Positions 1-10,095 of a stretch of 41,147 nt of DNA are shown here, piece by piece. Position 1 is the stretch's first letter; every line of letters begins with the position of its first letter. A program made the translations under genes and the position numbers. Source of the stretch: Bacteroidales bacterium (GTDB lineage Bacteria > Bacteroidota > Bacteroidia > Bacteroidales > Bacteroidaceae); contig SFEK01000001.1 of NCBI GenBank assembly GCA_004557285.1, positions 1 through 41,147 on the forward strand. Direction: 5' to 3'. The notes under the pieces were generated by a model. That model was not told the origin of the DNA and did not search any database. It worked only from the letters and a program-made list of their open reading frames with translations.

Positions 1-139
1 GTAGTGTAGCCATATTCACAGATTGTTTACGCCCTGCAGGGGCAGCAGTGCATAGCCCAGGGCAACGCCCTGGGTATTAATGTGAAAGCTAACTACGCCC
101 CGCTGGGGCAAAAGCGTCACTCCATATTTCGGATGAAAC
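1..139. mobile_element. Partial copy of a short non-autonomous element (MITE), opposite orientation to the copy at 32255-32399; one end lies outside the window
   Basis: Bases 1-18 equal the reverse complement of 32314-32331. Bases 95-137 match the reverse complement of 32257-32299 at 37/43 positions. Ends in CGGATGAAAC (130-139), one mismatch from the terminal repeat CGGATGAACC. Confidence 0.8.
29..117. repeat. Cluster of three REP-like GC-rich hairpins (GCCC..GGGC / CCCAGGGCAACGCCCTGGG)
   Basis: ACGCCCTGCAGGGGCA (29-44), CCCAGGGCAACGCCCTGGG (56-74) and ACGCCCCGCTGGGGCAAAAGC (95-115) read directly. Confidence 0.75.
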
Positions 140-316
140 GAAAAAAGGCCTTTAAAAAAGTCAACATGACAGCGATTTCATGGTTTTGGTGGCAAGATGA
201 CATTCAGCTGTTGCTGATCAGGTGGGTTCTATTCAGCAAAAAGGAGAAGACCACCCGTGATGGATGTAGCACATCTTCTTAAAATATGGTAAATAGAAAG
301 AAAAGGAGATAATTTT

Positions 317-348
317 GTTGACACTTAAGCAGATTATTGCTACATTTG
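317..348 (+). promoter_or_regulatory. Bacteroidetes sigma-A type promoter for dfx
   Basis: TACATTTG at 341-348 fits the TAnnTTTG -7 box; GTTG lies 20 nt upstream. Confidence 0.6.
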
Positions 349-359
349 CCCTATCAACC

Positions 360-379
360 AGAGTGCAACGTTGCACTCT
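360..379. promoter_or_regulatory. Perfect 20-bp palindrome AGAGTGCAACGTTGCACTCT, candidate operator or 5'UTR hairpin
   Basis: Exact self-complementarity; lies between the -7 box and the dfx start codon. Confidence 0.5.
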
Positions 380-399
380 ACCAAAAGAAAGGAGACATC

Positions 400-774
400 A
401 TGACAAATCTTAGAGAAATCTATCGTTGCCCCATTTGCGGCAACATCGTGGAAATGTTGAACCCCGGTGCCGGCACCCTTGTGTGCTGTGGCCAGCCGAT
501 GGTGAAGCTTGAAGGTAACGTGACAGACGCCGCACATGAGAAGCATGTGCCCGTTGTGGAGAAAATTGATGGTGGCTACCGCGTAAGGGTGGGAAGCATT
601 GAACATCCGATGCTCAACGAGCATTATATCCAATGGATTGAACTGCTTACACCATCATCGGTATTGCGACATGAGCTGCAACCGGGTGACAAGCCCGAAG
701 CCATCTTCCTGACTGATGAAGAGCCCGTGGGCACCAGAGAATACTGCAACCTGCACGGACTCTGGAAAGGATAA
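400..774 (+). CDS. dfx: Desulfoferrodoxin (superoxide reductase)
   Basis: N-terminal CPICGN...CCG desulforedoxin centre; EKHVP, HPM..EHYI.WIE and YCNLHGLW SOR ligands; ATG at 400 preceded by AAGGAG. Confidence 0.95.
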   Translation: MTNLREIYRCPICGNIVEMLNPGAGTLVCCGQPMVKLEGNVTDAAHEKHVPVVEKIDGGYRVRVGSIEHPMLNEHYIQWIELLTPSSVLRHELQPGDKPEAIFLTDEEPVGTREYCNLHGLWKG

Positions 775-808
775 TGCATGAACAACAATCTGGCCCTATT
801 TTCACTTT

Positions 809-846
809 GCCGCCCGCACCTGGACTGATGCGGGCGGCTAACTTTA
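809..846 (+). terminator. Probable intrinsic terminator after dfx
   Basis: GCCGCCCGCA / TGCGGGCGGC 10-bp stem followed by TAACTTT. A second stem CCTGTCAT/ATGACAGG at 866-892 may serve the convergent gene. Confidence 0.6.
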
Positions 847-913
847 CTATACAGTCAAGAACACACCTGTCATGAAGCGGGTTGATGACAGGCGGTAAAA
901 AGGAACTGCCAGG

Positions 914-2056
914 TCAGACGAAACGGGCACCGTTGTCGGGCTTGACAAAGAACACCTTGAAGGTTTGCTCGTATTCAGGATATTGCTCTAAATAGCGCAT
1001 GGTCATCTCACGCTCGATCGACTCCTTGAACTCAGGATTGATGAGGGCGATACATGCACCCTTGAAGCCGGCGCCTGAGAAACGACCACCATACACACCG
1101 GGAAGGGTGCGCATGATTTCATAGATGGCAATCAGTTCGGGCGAACCGCACTCATAGTTGTGGATGCTGCTCTCGCACGAATCGAAACTGAGTTTGCCAA
1201 AGAGTTTCATGTTGCCACTCTCCCATGCGGTGACACCCTGACGCACACGACGGTATTCGCTATAGAAATGTTCAGCCCTGCGGGCAAAGCGTTGCGGCAT
1301 GGCAATACGTGTTTTTTCGAAGGTGGTCTTGGGGATGTCGCGCAGGAAAGTCTTGTCGAAGGTCTTCAAGGGTTGGTCGGTATAGGCCAACATGTTCCAT
1401 GCGGCGGTCTTACATTCATACACACGCAGGTTGTAGTCGCTGTTGACCAACGAACGGGTGAGTCCGGAGAAGAAGATGGCAATCTCGAAATCGGGCATGT
1501 TGGGATTGCGCTTGATGACGCGGTAGTCGTTGCTGTCGCAGTCGAGGAAGAGCAGACCGTCATGCTGTCCGAGGGCGATGCAAGCCTGGTCGAGAATACC
1601 ATTGTTCAATCCGATATACTCACGTTCGGCCTCTGAGGCGATATTGACCACCTCCATGGGTTTGAGTTCGATGTCGTTGGCCTTGGCAAAAGCCATGACA
1701 TAGGCGATGAGCACGGCAGCACTTGACGAGAGTCCGCCCACAGGCAACGAGCCTTGGATGACACCGTTGATGCCCCGTTTCAGGGTGAACCGTTTCTTGA
1801 GGGCATATTTAGCGCCACGGGCATAGTCGCCCCAATGTTTCTCCTTGACCAGCGTGCCTTGTGTGATGTCGAAATCGACGGTGCCCTCAAAGGTCTTTGA
1901 CTCAAGATGCACCTTGCCGTCTTGGTTGGGTGTGAACCACAGATCCACGCCCTTGTCGATGGCAAATCCTGTGACAAGACCATGCTGATGGTCAACATGT
2001 GCGCCCAGCGGGCACACACGGTAGGGTGAGAAGATATGATACTTAAAGTCTGTCAT
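914..2056 (-). CDS. GHMP-family sugar kinase, galacturonokinase-like (galactokinase superfamily)
   Basis: SPYRVCPLGAHVDHQ N-terminal motif, GLSSSAA ATP loop, NNGILDQ, GGRFSGAGFKG; start taken at MTDFKY. Confidence 0.85.
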   Translation of the reverse strand: MTDFKYHIFSPYRVCPLGAHVDHQHGLVTGFAIDKGVDLWFTPNQDGKVHLESKTFEGTVDFDITQGTLVKEKHWGDYARGAKYALKKRFTLKRGINGVIQGSLPVGGLSSSAAVLIAYVMAFAKANDIELKPMEVVNIASEAEREYIGLNNGILDQACIALGQHDGLLFLDCDSNDYRVIKRNPNMPDFEIAIFFSGLTRSLVNSDYNLRVYECKTAAWNMLAYTDQPLKTFDKTFLRDIPKTTFEKTRIAMPQRFARRAEHFYSEYRRVRQGVTAWESGNMKLFGKLSFDSCESSIHNYECGSPELIAIYEIMRTLPGVYGGRFSGAGFKGACIALINPEFKESIEREMTMRYLEQYPEYEQTFKVFFVKPDNGARFV

Positions 2057-2079
2057 GTTATTGTATTTAAGGTTATACA

Positions 2080-3138
2080 TTATTTCTGCTGTCTTGCGGC
2101 ATACCACTCGGCAAATCTGCGGAGTCCGACACGCAGAGGCGTTGAAGGCTTGTAGCCGAAGTCCTGTTCCAAGGGAGTGGTGTCGGCAAAGGTCACAGGC
2201 ACGTCGCCCGGCTGCATGGGCACCAGTTGTTGATGAGCCTCGAAGTCGTAGTCCTCGGGGAGCACACCTGCACGCACCAGTTCTTCTTGAAGGATGGTAA
2301 CGAAGTCCAAGAGGTTTTCGGGCTGGTTGTTGCCGATGTTATAGACACAATAAGGAGGGATGGGCAGGCCGTCTTCACCCGTGGCACGTTCGGGTGCATG
2401 TTGCATCACACGGATGACACCCTCCACGATGTCGTCAACATAGGTAAAGTCGCGCTTGCAGTTGCCATAATTGAAAATCTTGATGGTGTCGCCCTTGACC
2501 AGTTTGTCGGTAAAGCCGAAATAGGCCATGTCGGGACGCCCTGCAGGCCCATATACGGTAAAGAATCGCAATCCAGTAGAGGGGATGTTATACAACTTGG
2601 AATAGGCGTGTGCCATGAGTTCGTTGCTCTTCTTGGTGGCAGCATAGAGGCTCACGGGATTGTCCACCTTGTCGTCGGTAGAATAAGGTATCTTCTTGTT
2701 GGAGCCATAGACGCTGCTCGAACTGGCATATACCAGATGTTCCACTTCGTGGTGACGGCAGGCCTCAAGGATGTTGTAGAAGCCGATGAGGTTACTCTCG
2801 ATGTAAGAGTCGGGATTGGTGATGCTGTAGCGCACGCCTGCCTGAGCGGCAAGGTTGACCACAACCTGTGGTTTGTATTTCACGAACACCTCTTCAACGG
2901 CGGCCTTGTCGGCCAGGTTTTTGCGATACATGATGAAACGGCTGCCAAAGGCATCCAATGCTTGCAGACGCTCTTCTTTCAGGCTCACATCGTAATAATC
3001 GGTGATGCTGTCGAAGCCGATGACGGTCAGGTCGTTGTATTCGGTCAACAGACGTTTGGCAAGGTTGCTTCCGATGAAGCCAGCTGCTCCTGTTACAAGA
3101 ACAGTCTTTCCGGTTAAGTCAATATTATAATTCAGCAT
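2080..3138 (-). CDS. NAD-dependent epimerase, UDP-glucuronate 4-epimerase-like (extended SDR)
   Basis: TGAAGFIG, LAAQAGVRYS, ASSSSVYG, YAATKK, LRFFTVYGP.GRPDMA and MQPGDV motifs. Confidence 0.92.
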   Translation of the reverse strand: MLNYNIDLTGKTVLVTGAAGFIGSNLAKRLLTEYNDLTVIGFDSITDYYDVSLKEERLQALDAFGSRFIMYRKNLADKAAVEEVFVKYKPQVVVNLAAQAGVRYSITNPDSYIESNLIGFYNILEACRHHEVEHLVYASSSSVYGSNKKIPYSTDDKVDNPVSLYAATKKSNELMAHAYSKLYNIPSTGLRFFTVYGPAGRPDMAYFGFTDKLVKGDTIKIFNYGNCKRDFTYVDDIVEGVIRVMQHAPERATGEDGLPIPPYCVYNIGNNQPENLLDFVTILQEELVRAGVLPEDYDFEAHQQLVPMQPGDVPVTFADTTPLEQDFGYKPSTPLRVGLRRFAEWYAARQQK

Positions 3139-3189
3139 GGTGATAAATGTTTATATATGTTTTGATTTTAAATTCTAACTACAGTCCCG

Positions 3190-3831
3190 CTACCATGCAC
3201 AGACATAGCAGAGGGCGTGATAACCTTGGGTGGCAAAGAGATAGAGCACGATGGCAGGAGCCCACGCCGACAGACCTCGACACATGGCGTGCATCACATC
3301 GTGCCACGACCGGAGGATGCCTGCCGACAAACCGTAGGCCATCGACGAAAAGGTGAAGGCAAATGCCAGCAGAGGTATCAATCCCCTGCTGAACGAACTA
3401 TCGGCAAGGGTGCCTGTTACGCTGAGCAACAAGGCATGGGGAGAAAGGGTGAGCCACGCCGTCAGCAACAGCAGAACCGCCCACACCACAGCTGCCGCAT
3501 AGAGGGCATGGTGGCGGCGGTAGGACAGCTGTTCGCCCCGGCGCACATCCTGGCACACACGGCTCATGCCACCTTTGGTCCACACCCCGTAGGCCAAGGC
3601 GCACAACAGCATATCCACCAGCAAAGGACTGGCCAAGAGCGAGGCGAAATGGCCGATGTACCATCTGATGCCCTCGCCGCTCATCAACGAACGGATGGTC
3701 GAAGCCGGATCTATGGTTCTGACAATCCATGACCCCAGCACCAAGACCACCTGCAAGACAAGCAAAAGCAGGCATGTCGAGGAGACGCATCTGAAAGCAG
3801 ATGAATAGTGATGTCGGTTGTTATTGGGCAT
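3190..3831 (-). CDS. Integral membrane protein, AbgT-family-like fragment size
   Basis: About 5 hydrophobic segments; RSLMSGEGIRW resembles the AbgT N-terminal motif. Confidence 0.7.
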   Translation of the reverse strand: MPNNNRHHYSSAFRCVSSTCLLLLVLQVVLVLGSWIVRTIDPASTIRSLMSGEGIRWYIGHFASLLASPLLVDMLLCALAYGVWTKGGMSRVCQDVRRGEQLSYRRHHALYAAAVVWAVLLLLTAWLTLSPHALLLSVTGTLADSSFSRGLIPLLAFAFTFSSMAYGLSAGILRSWHDVMHAMCRGLSAWAPAIVLYLFATQGYHALCYVCAW

Positions 3832-3851
3832 AAGGCAAAGGTGTGGTTTGG

Positions 3852-4586
3852 TTAGGGATGCTTATCTTCGTCGGCAAACAGATGGTCGGCATCCAGGATA
3901 TGCAGTTCGATGGCTCTTGTCACCAATCGGGTGGCGTTGATGTTCACCCCATTGTTGCCTTCAGGAAAGAGGCGGCGCACCAGTTCGTTCTGTCGTTTTT
4001 CCAGACTCTTCACGCCAAAGGGCATTCCGCGCAAGGCGGTAATCTGGTCTTTGGTATAGCCCAATGCCAGGTGGCGGAGGAAGCGTTCGTCATATTCGTC
4101 GATCTCATAGTTGACCAACGACTCCTGACGGAGAATCTCGCTGTTGACACTCGCCTTGAAACGCTTGATGATTTTCTCCAGTATGGGCTGGTTGAACACC
4201 ATCTTCTTGCCCGACATCACGCTGGATATATCACCTCGGGTGAGCAGTTCTCCACTTTTGAGGATAATGCCGTCGCATCCGGCATCAAGGGCATCAACCC
4301 ACAGTTTTTCGTTCAGGATCTCGCCTGTGAATATCAGCACCTTGACATGGGGATATTCCACCTTGGTATGTCGGCATATTTCAACGCCAACCATGGTAGA
4401 GCCTCCCAGGCCCAGGTCGAGCAGCACAAGGTCGGGCACCTGCTGCTTGATGAGTTTCCAATAGGCTTCCTCGCTTTCGGCTGTTCCTATGATTTCGGCC
4501 TCGGGCACATCATTCCGCAAGATGCCTTCGGTACCTTTCAGTTCGAGAGGCACATCTTCTACAATAATCAGTTTGAATTGTTCCAT
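3852..4586 (-). CDS. Response regulator (REC plus LuxR-like HTH; Bacteroidales DUF5932-type)
   Basis: IIVED acidic pocket, LLD phospho-acceptor, FTG, LK; C-terminal LALGYTKDQI HTH-like segment; adjacent to the sensor kinase. Confidence 0.88.
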   Translation of the reverse strand: MEQFKLIIVEDVPLELKGTEGILRNDVPEAEIIGTAESEEAYWKLIKQQVPDLVLLDLGLGGSTMVGVEICRHTKVEYPHVKVLIFTGEILNEKLWVDALDAGCDGIILKSGELLTRGDISSVMSGKKMVFNQPILEKIIKRFKASVNSEILRQESLVNYEIDEYDERFLRHLALGYTKDQITALRGMPFGVKSLEKRQNELVRRLFPEGNNGVNINATRLVTRAIELHILDADHLFADEDKHP

Positions 4587-4616
4587 GTTGATATGTCATT
4601 TATTTGATGGTGGGTT

Positions 4617-7600
4617 CTATGAACGACCACCGTAAATGTTGTCATTTCTGTTCACGGCACCGGCCAGGGTGATGGTGATTTGCGTACCGCCCCCGTCGTG
4701 TGGTGCCGCCACTATGCCGCAGCCATGCAGGTTGGTCTGTTCGCTGTTGTCTCGGATGATTTGCTTGCACACCAGGAACGGGATATTGTCCACCGATGGC
4801 GAGAAGAGCGAAGCGGCCTGTTGTGGCGTGGTGTTGAAATCGGGAAAGTGCAGGCAGACGACCAGGTATTTGTTCTCTTTCATCGAGGTGTCCACCCCAC
4901 TCCACGCCCCACATTGCCGTCGGAGAATCTCAAAGAGATAGTCAAGGAGAATGGCATCGCCGGTTGCCCAGACCTCGGCATGGAGAACATGCTTGAGCGA
5001 CACGGGCCGGCACGACGACTTGACGGCCGTCACCTGTTGGCGTGTCTGTTCTGTGAGTATGGTATATAGTTCCTTGTAATAGCTCACCACCTCGTTGACG
5101 TCGTCAATCTGTCGATGGTCGGTTTCCACCAGCTGTTGTATCCGCGAGGGGTAATACATCGTTTCGTGTTTCAGGGCGCTGAGGCAATTGTCGGTAATGC
5201 TGTTTGCCACATAGAGCTGCGCGGCTTCATACTGTTCACGATGCAGTTCGTCTTCGAGCAGTTCGATGTCGGTCTGTTGCCTTTGGTCGAGGGCCACAGA
5301 GCGTCTCAACGCCTGTGCAATCTGCTTGACCACATCGGCAAGGGCTTGTGGATATTTCGATGTATCCACCGCCTCTACCTTCTGGTATTTTCGCTGGTTG
5401 TCGTCGTCAGCAAGCAGCACTTTGTTGATGCCCTCAATCTGTTCGGCGCAGAAACGGAAATAGAGGCGCCGGCGGTAATACATGAAATAATAGGCCAGCA
5501 CGATGGTGAGCAGGAGCAGCGACAGCATCAGCACGGCGATGACCTTGTCGGCACTCGAGCGTTGCATGGTGATGCAATAGTCTGGCAGACTGCGGTCGGC
5601 CGACCGCAACTTGAACAGTTGCACATACACCTGGTTGTTGTCGTTGTATAATGTCCAGTCGTGCAGGGCCAAGGCTGCCACCGCCACCTCGTTGCGTATG
5701 TCGAGGATCAGACCGTAGTCGGTCTTGACCTGCCGGCGGAACCACCCGATTTCTGCCGTCATGGCTCGGCCGTTGGCGCGAAGCGTCATGGTATCGCCCT
5801 TTGAGGGATAGCATGTGAGATAATGGCGGTTGAGGTAGTGGATGACCGAATCGGAGAAGGCGATGGTCTTGCGGTATTCTCCATTCACGTTGCAGAAATA
5901 GGCAGAGTCGGCATAGAGGTCGGCCATGCGCAGATGAGTGTCGCCAGCCATGCCTTGTGCAAGGGGAGTCATCAAGGAGACAAGGGCCAGCACGAGGCGC
6001 AACACTCCCAATGGCAGACGGAAGGAGAAGCGGCTGCCCTCTCCCACCTTGCTGTGGGCACAGATGCGGCACACGCTGAAGATGGAACTTGCCTTGCGGT
6101 AGCGTTCGATGATGCCCTTGCAGTTCATCAGTCCAAATCCGTGGCCGTTGCTCACCTGATGGGTGAATATGGTGGCCAGCTGTTCTTCAGGTATTCCCTT
6201 GCCGGTGTCTTCCACATAGATTTCCACGGCATCACATGAGGCCTTTGCACCCACCGTCACCTTGCCTCCTTGAGGAGTGAACTTGCGGGCGTTGTCGGCC
6301 AGGGTGTTGAGCATGAACAGCGTGAGTGTCTTGTCGGCCTTCACCACCGCAGGGGTGGGCATGATGTGCAGGGTTATGCCTTGCAGGCGGAAGGCGGCCT
6401 GCGACCTGGCGATGATGTCGAACACATCCTGCACAGGGAAGCTCTCTATATGCAGGTCGAGTTGTCCCCGCTGGAGCTGGATCCATTGGGTGAGCACCTG
6501 GTTGTAGTCGTTGATATGCCGTGTGAGTTCAACCACATAGCCAAAGCGCTCTGCGTTGAGTTTCCCGTCGTGTGGTGTCTGTCTGATGCGTCTCACCTCG
6601 TTGATCATGCGGTCGATATAAGGAATGACGTTGCTCACGAGGAAGAACTTGGCCTTGTTGTCGATGTTCTGCCGCTTGTAGCGTTCGGTCTGCAGGCGGG
6701 CAAGCGCCAGTTGTTCGTTGATGTCTTCGGTTTTCTCCCGCTGTTGTTCCATTTTCAGCAGGTTGTTTTCCTCCCAAGTCTTGAGCGGTTGCAGCAGCCG
6801 GTCGATGTATTCGGCCCTGTCTGTACGTCGTGCCATGCGGCGGAAGACGACCAGCAGGAGGATGGTGATGATGATGAGGGCCAGGATGGCGATGATGAGG
6901 GCGTTGAGCTGCATGGAGAGCCGCTCCAGCTGTTCGGCCCGCGCCTCCAGGGTGCGGTCTTGTCGGGTCACCTCCTGCAGGTCGAGGTATATGTTGCGGT
7001 TGATGTCGCTGTTGTATTTGTCGTCCATGGCCGAATAGACCAGACTGAGGTGTTCGCTGATGCTTGCCACGAGGTCGGGTGCCTGTTTGATGTTCTTGTT
7101 GTCGTTAAGGGCTTTTTCAAGACAGATGAGCGCCGAGCGGTAGTCGCCCAGTTCCCAATAGCAAAGGGAGAGCGAGCGGTAGGCTCCTGCCGTCTGATAG
7201 ACATCGCCATAGTCTTGGAAAATGTTGAGCGAACGTTGGGCAAGATTACCGGCCAGCAGACTGTCGGGCATGTTGTCGCTGTTGATATAGCTGATGCCCA
7301 ATTTGTTGCTGTCGATGAGGCGTGAGCGTTGTTCCTTGTGGATGAGGTGTTCGCTGAGGGCCTGCAAGGCATTGGCCTGCCAATACACCAGACCGTATTG
7401 GGTGGCGAGCACATAGCATTTGAACAGGTAGGCAAATTCTTTACGGGCGATGTCGTAACGGTCTTTTCCCGTAAGTATGCCTCCCTCGCCTATCTGGTAG
7501 AGCATGTTGATGTATTGCGACATGTCGCTGCGCAAGGGCATGTCGTCAAGAAGATTGTCGGCATCTATGTCCATGAAATTGCAGACATGATTGAGGGCAT

Positions 7601-8159
7601 CTACCGATTGCTGCTTGAGCCCTACATAATAATAATAGGTGGAACTGACGATGGAAAACTCTGTTTGGGCATACAGCAGGCGTTTACGTAGATGTGGAGA
7701 CAGCGTGGCGCTCTCCTCGGCAATCCTGTTGAGTCGCTCCAGCGCCTTCTGCCGGTAGTCGTAGAAATTCTTGTTTTTCGATTCCCGCTGGCAAAGACGC
7801 ATTCCTTGGATGTCGGCTATGAGCAGTTCCACCTGGTTGTCGGTCACGTCGTAAACACTATCCAGCAGGCAGTATGCCTCGGCATACTGCATCTTGGCCA
7901 GTTTGACGAAGATGATGTTGTTGTAGGCTTCGGCAATGCCCGAAGCATAATTGGTGTGTTGTGAGAGCTGCAAGGCCTTTCGTGCCATGACCTCGGTAGA
8001 GTCGAGGTTGCGATAATGAAAGGAGTACGAACTCTCGTTCAGCTTGTCAGCCTGACTGTTGTCCTGCTGCCGACATGCCGAAAAAACAAAGAGGCCCAAC
8101 AGGACGACAATCCATATCGGGCCTCTGATGTTGTATAGATTAACCGCGCACTTTTGCAA
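4617..8159 (-). CDS. Large membrane sensor histidine kinase (DUF5112/5113/5114-type) with two sensor-TM-kinase modules
   Basis: 1180-aa ORF; lipoprotein-like signal (FSAC), TPR-like helices, three further TM segments, HATPase boxes [23 protein letters not shown]. The TTG start is uncertain and overlaps the eda stop. Confidence 0.88.
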   Translation of the reverse strand: MQKCAVNLYNIRGPIWIVVLLGLFVFSACRQQDNSQADKLNESSYSFHYRNLDSTEVMARKALQLSQHTNYASGIAEAYNNIIFVKLAKMQYAEAYCLLDSVYDVTDNQVELLIADIQGMRLCQRESKNKNFYDYRQKALERLNRIAEESATLSPHLRKRLLYAQTEFSIVSSTYYYYVGLKQQSVDALNHVCNFMDIDADNLLDDMPLRSDMSQYINMLYQIGEGGILTGKDRYDIARKEFAYLFKCYVLATQYGLVYWQANALQALSEHLIHKEQRSRLIDSNKLGISYINSDNMPDSLLAGNLAQRSLNIFQDYGDVYQTAGAYRSLSLCYWELGDYRSALICLEKALNDNKNIKQAPDLVASISEHLSLVYSAMDDKYNSDINRNIYLDLQEVTRQDRTLEARAEQLERLSMQLNALIIAILALIIITILLLVVFRRMARRTDRAEYIDRLLQPLKTWEENNLLKMEQQREKTEDINEQLALARLQTERYKRQNIDNKAKFFLVSNVIPYIDRMINEVRRIRQTPHDGKLNAERFGYVVELTRHINDYNQVLTQWIQLQRGQLDLHIESFPVQDVFDIIARSQAAFRLQGITLHIMPTPAVVKADKTLTLFMLNTLADNARKFTPQGGKVTVGAKASCDAVEIYVEDTGKGIPEEQLATIFTHQVSNGHGFGLMNCKGIIERYRKASSIFSVCRICAHSKVGEGSRFSFRLPLGVLRLVLALVSLMTPLAQGMAGDTHLRMADLYADSAYFCNVNGEYRKTIAFSDSVIHYLNRHYLTCYPSKGDTMTLRANGRAMTAEIGWFRRQVKTDYGLILDIRNEVAVAALALHDWTLYNDNNQVYVQLFKLRSADRSLPDYCITMQRSSADKVIAVLMLSLLLLTIVLAYYFMYYRRRLYFRFCAEQIEGINKVLLADDDNQRKYQKVEAVDTSKYPQALADVVKQIAQALRRSVALDQRQQTDIELLEDELHREQYEAAQLYVANSITDNCLSALKHETMYYPSRIQQLVETDHRQIDDVNEVVSYYKELYTILTEQTRQQVTAVKSSCRPVSLKHVLHAEVWATGDAILLDYLFEILRRQCGAWSGVDTSMKENKYLVVCLHFPDFNTTPQQAASLFSPSVDNIPFLVCKQIIRDNSEQTNLHGCGIVAAPHDGGGTQITITLAGAVNRNDNIYGGRS

Positions 8160-8808
8160 TATAACCTAATGCCTCCTTACATTTATCGGTGATGGCCTGC
8201 CAGTTGCCTGCAGCCACAACGTCTTTGGGGAAGAGTTTTGAACCCATACCCACGCAGAACACGCCAGCCTTGAACCAGCCGGTGAGGTTCTCCTCATCGG
8301 GCGATACACCACCGGTGACCATCAGTTTTGACCATGGCATGGGAGCGAGCAGACCTTTGACCAGTTTGGTGCCAAGCACATCGCCGGGGAATACCTTGCA
8401 GAGGTCGCATCCCACCTCCTGGGCGAAACCTACCTCCGACACGCTTCCGCATCCTGGGGTATAGGCCACAAGACGGCGGTTGCATATCTTGGCGATTTCG
8501 GGGTTGAACAGCGGGCCTACGATGAAGTTGGCACCCAGCTGCAGGTAAAGGGCGGCGGTAGCGGGATCTACGATAGAGCCTACGCCGACAGCCATCTCAG
8601 GACATTCTACAGCGGCAAATTTTACCACTTCTTCAAACACCTCGTGGGCAAAGTCACCACGGTTGGTGAACTCAAAGGCGCGCACACCACCATCGTAACA
8701 AGCCTTGACCACTTGTTTTGCCACCTCAGCATCCTTGTGATAGAACACAGGCACCATGCCCGTTGAACCCATCTTGCTGAGTACTGCTATCTTATCGAAT
8801 TTTGCCAT
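8140..8808 (-). CDS. eda: KDPG/KHG aldolase
   Basis: [29 protein letters not shown] and VGMGSKL motifs. Confidence 0.95.
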   Translation of the reverse strand: MAKFDKIAVLSKMGSTGMVPVFYHKDAEVAKQVVKACYDGGVRAFEFTNRGDFAHEVFEEVVKFAAVECPEMAVGVGSIVDPATAALYLQLGANFIVGPLFNPEIAKICNRRLVAYTPGCGSVSEVGFAQEVGCDLCKVFPGDVLGTKLVKGLLAPMPWSKLMVTGGVSPDEENLTGWFKAGVFCVGMGSKLFPKDVVAAGNWQAITDKCKEALGYIAKVRG

Positions 8809-8847
8809 TTTTACTTTTCTTTCTTTGATGTTTTGTTTCTACTTAAA

Positions 8848-9873
8848 TTATCTCTGTACACGACCTGAGGCATCGCCACCGGCAAGATTTTCCACCTCTT
8901 CGGCAGACATCAGGTTGAAGTCGCCGGGGATGGTGTGCTTCAAGGCAGAAGCAGCCACGGCAAATTCGAGGGCCTTGCCCTGGTTGTCGGGATAGGTAAG
9001 CAGACCGTGAATCAAGCCACCTGCAAACGAGTCGCCACCACCAACACGGTCGATGATAGGCATGATGTCATAGTGCTTGCTCTGATAAAACTCCTTGCCG
9101 TTGTAGATGAGGGCCTTCCAGCCGTTGTGAGTGGCCGAAAGCGACTCGCGGAGTGTAGATACCACATACTTGAAGCCAAACTCCTTCATCATGCCTTCGA
9201 AGATGCCATAGTAGCCCTCGGCATCTGTCTTGCCGCCTTCAACGTCGGCATCGGGCTTATAACCCAGGCAGAGCTGTGCATCCTCTTCGTTGCCGATGCA
9301 CACATCGACATATTTCATCAAAGGCTTCATGATGCTCTGTGCCTTCTCGGATGTCCACAGCTTCTTGCGGAAGTTGAGGTCAACGCTGACCGTCACGCCA
9401 TGACGCTTGGCAGCCTCACAGGCCAGACGTGTAAGCTCGGCAGCCTTGTCGCTGATGGCAGGAGTGATGCCACTCCAATGGAACCACTGGGCACCCTCCA
9501 TGATGGCATCAAAATCGAAGTCTGATGGGTCGGCCTCGGCGATGGAGCTGTGTGCACGGTCGTAAACTACCTTTGAAGGACGCATACTTGCACCTGTTTC
9601 GAGGAAATAGATGCCCAGACGGTCGCCACCACGGGCGATGAAGTTGGTGTTCACCCCATAACGGCGCAAAGCGTTGAGGGCACATTGTCCGATTTCGTGC
9701 TTGGGCAGCTTGGTCACGAAATAAGCCTCATGGCCATAGTTGGCTGCGCTTACGGCCACATTGGCCTCACCACCACCATATACTACATCAAATGAATCAC
9801 TCTGAATGAATCTCTTCTGACCGGGAGAAGAAAGGCGGAGCATAATCTCGCCTAATGTTACGACTTTAGCCAT
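8848..9873 (-). CDS. kdgK: 2-keto-3-deoxygluconate kinase (PfkB family)
   Basis: GEIMLRL, GGGEANVA, DLNFRKKLW, DRVGGGDSF; adjacent to eda. Confidence 0.93.
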   Translation of the reverse strand: MAKVVTLGEIMLRLSSPGQKRFIQSDSFDVVYGGGEANVAVSAANYGHEAYFVTKLPKHEIGQCALNALRRYGVNTNFIARGGDRLGIYFLETGASMRPSKVVYDRAHSSIAEADPSDFDFDAIMEGAQWFHWSGITPAISDKAAELTRLACEAAKRHGVTVSVDLNFRKKLWTSEKAQSIMKPLMKYVDVCIGNEEDAQLCLGYKPDADVEGGKTDAEGYYGIFEGMMKEFGFKYVVSTLRESLSATHNGWKALIYNGKEFYQSKHYDIMPIIDRVGGGDSFAGGLIHGLLTYPDNQGKALEFAVAASALKHTIPGDFNLMSAEEVENLAGGDASGRVQR

Positions 9874-9926
9874 TTTCTGATTTGAATTAATTTTGTTTTG
9901 TTAATGTATAATTTGTTTTTTGTTTA

Positions 9927-9958
9927 CAAAGTTAGCGTTTTCATCAGTATTGAGCAAA
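9927..9958 (-). promoter_or_regulatory. Promoter for the kdgK-eda run
   Basis: Minus strand TTTG (9955-9958), 20 nt, TAACTTTG (9927-9934): full Bacteroidetes -33/-7 consensus. Confidence 0.75.
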
Positions 9959-9999
9959 TAATTCCACAAAAAAAAACTCTTTTTTTGAAAAATACCGCC

Positions 10000-10036
10000 G
10001 TGTTTTCGCACAATTCAGTTTTTATTGTTATATTTG
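10000..10036 (+). promoter_or_regulatory. Promoter for lacI-uxaA with a possible operator
   Basis: TATATTTG at 10029-10036; imperfect palindrome GTGTTTTCGCAC at 10000-10011 over the -33 region. Confidence 0.55.
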
Positions 10037-10095
10037 CGGTGGATTAAAGGTCAACTTTGACTAACTGAACATCGAACGACATCAAGCGTAAGCCT

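Noticed and set aside
82..282. 66-aa ORF at the window start
   Set aside because: Begins inside the REP/MITE sequence; no protein-like features.
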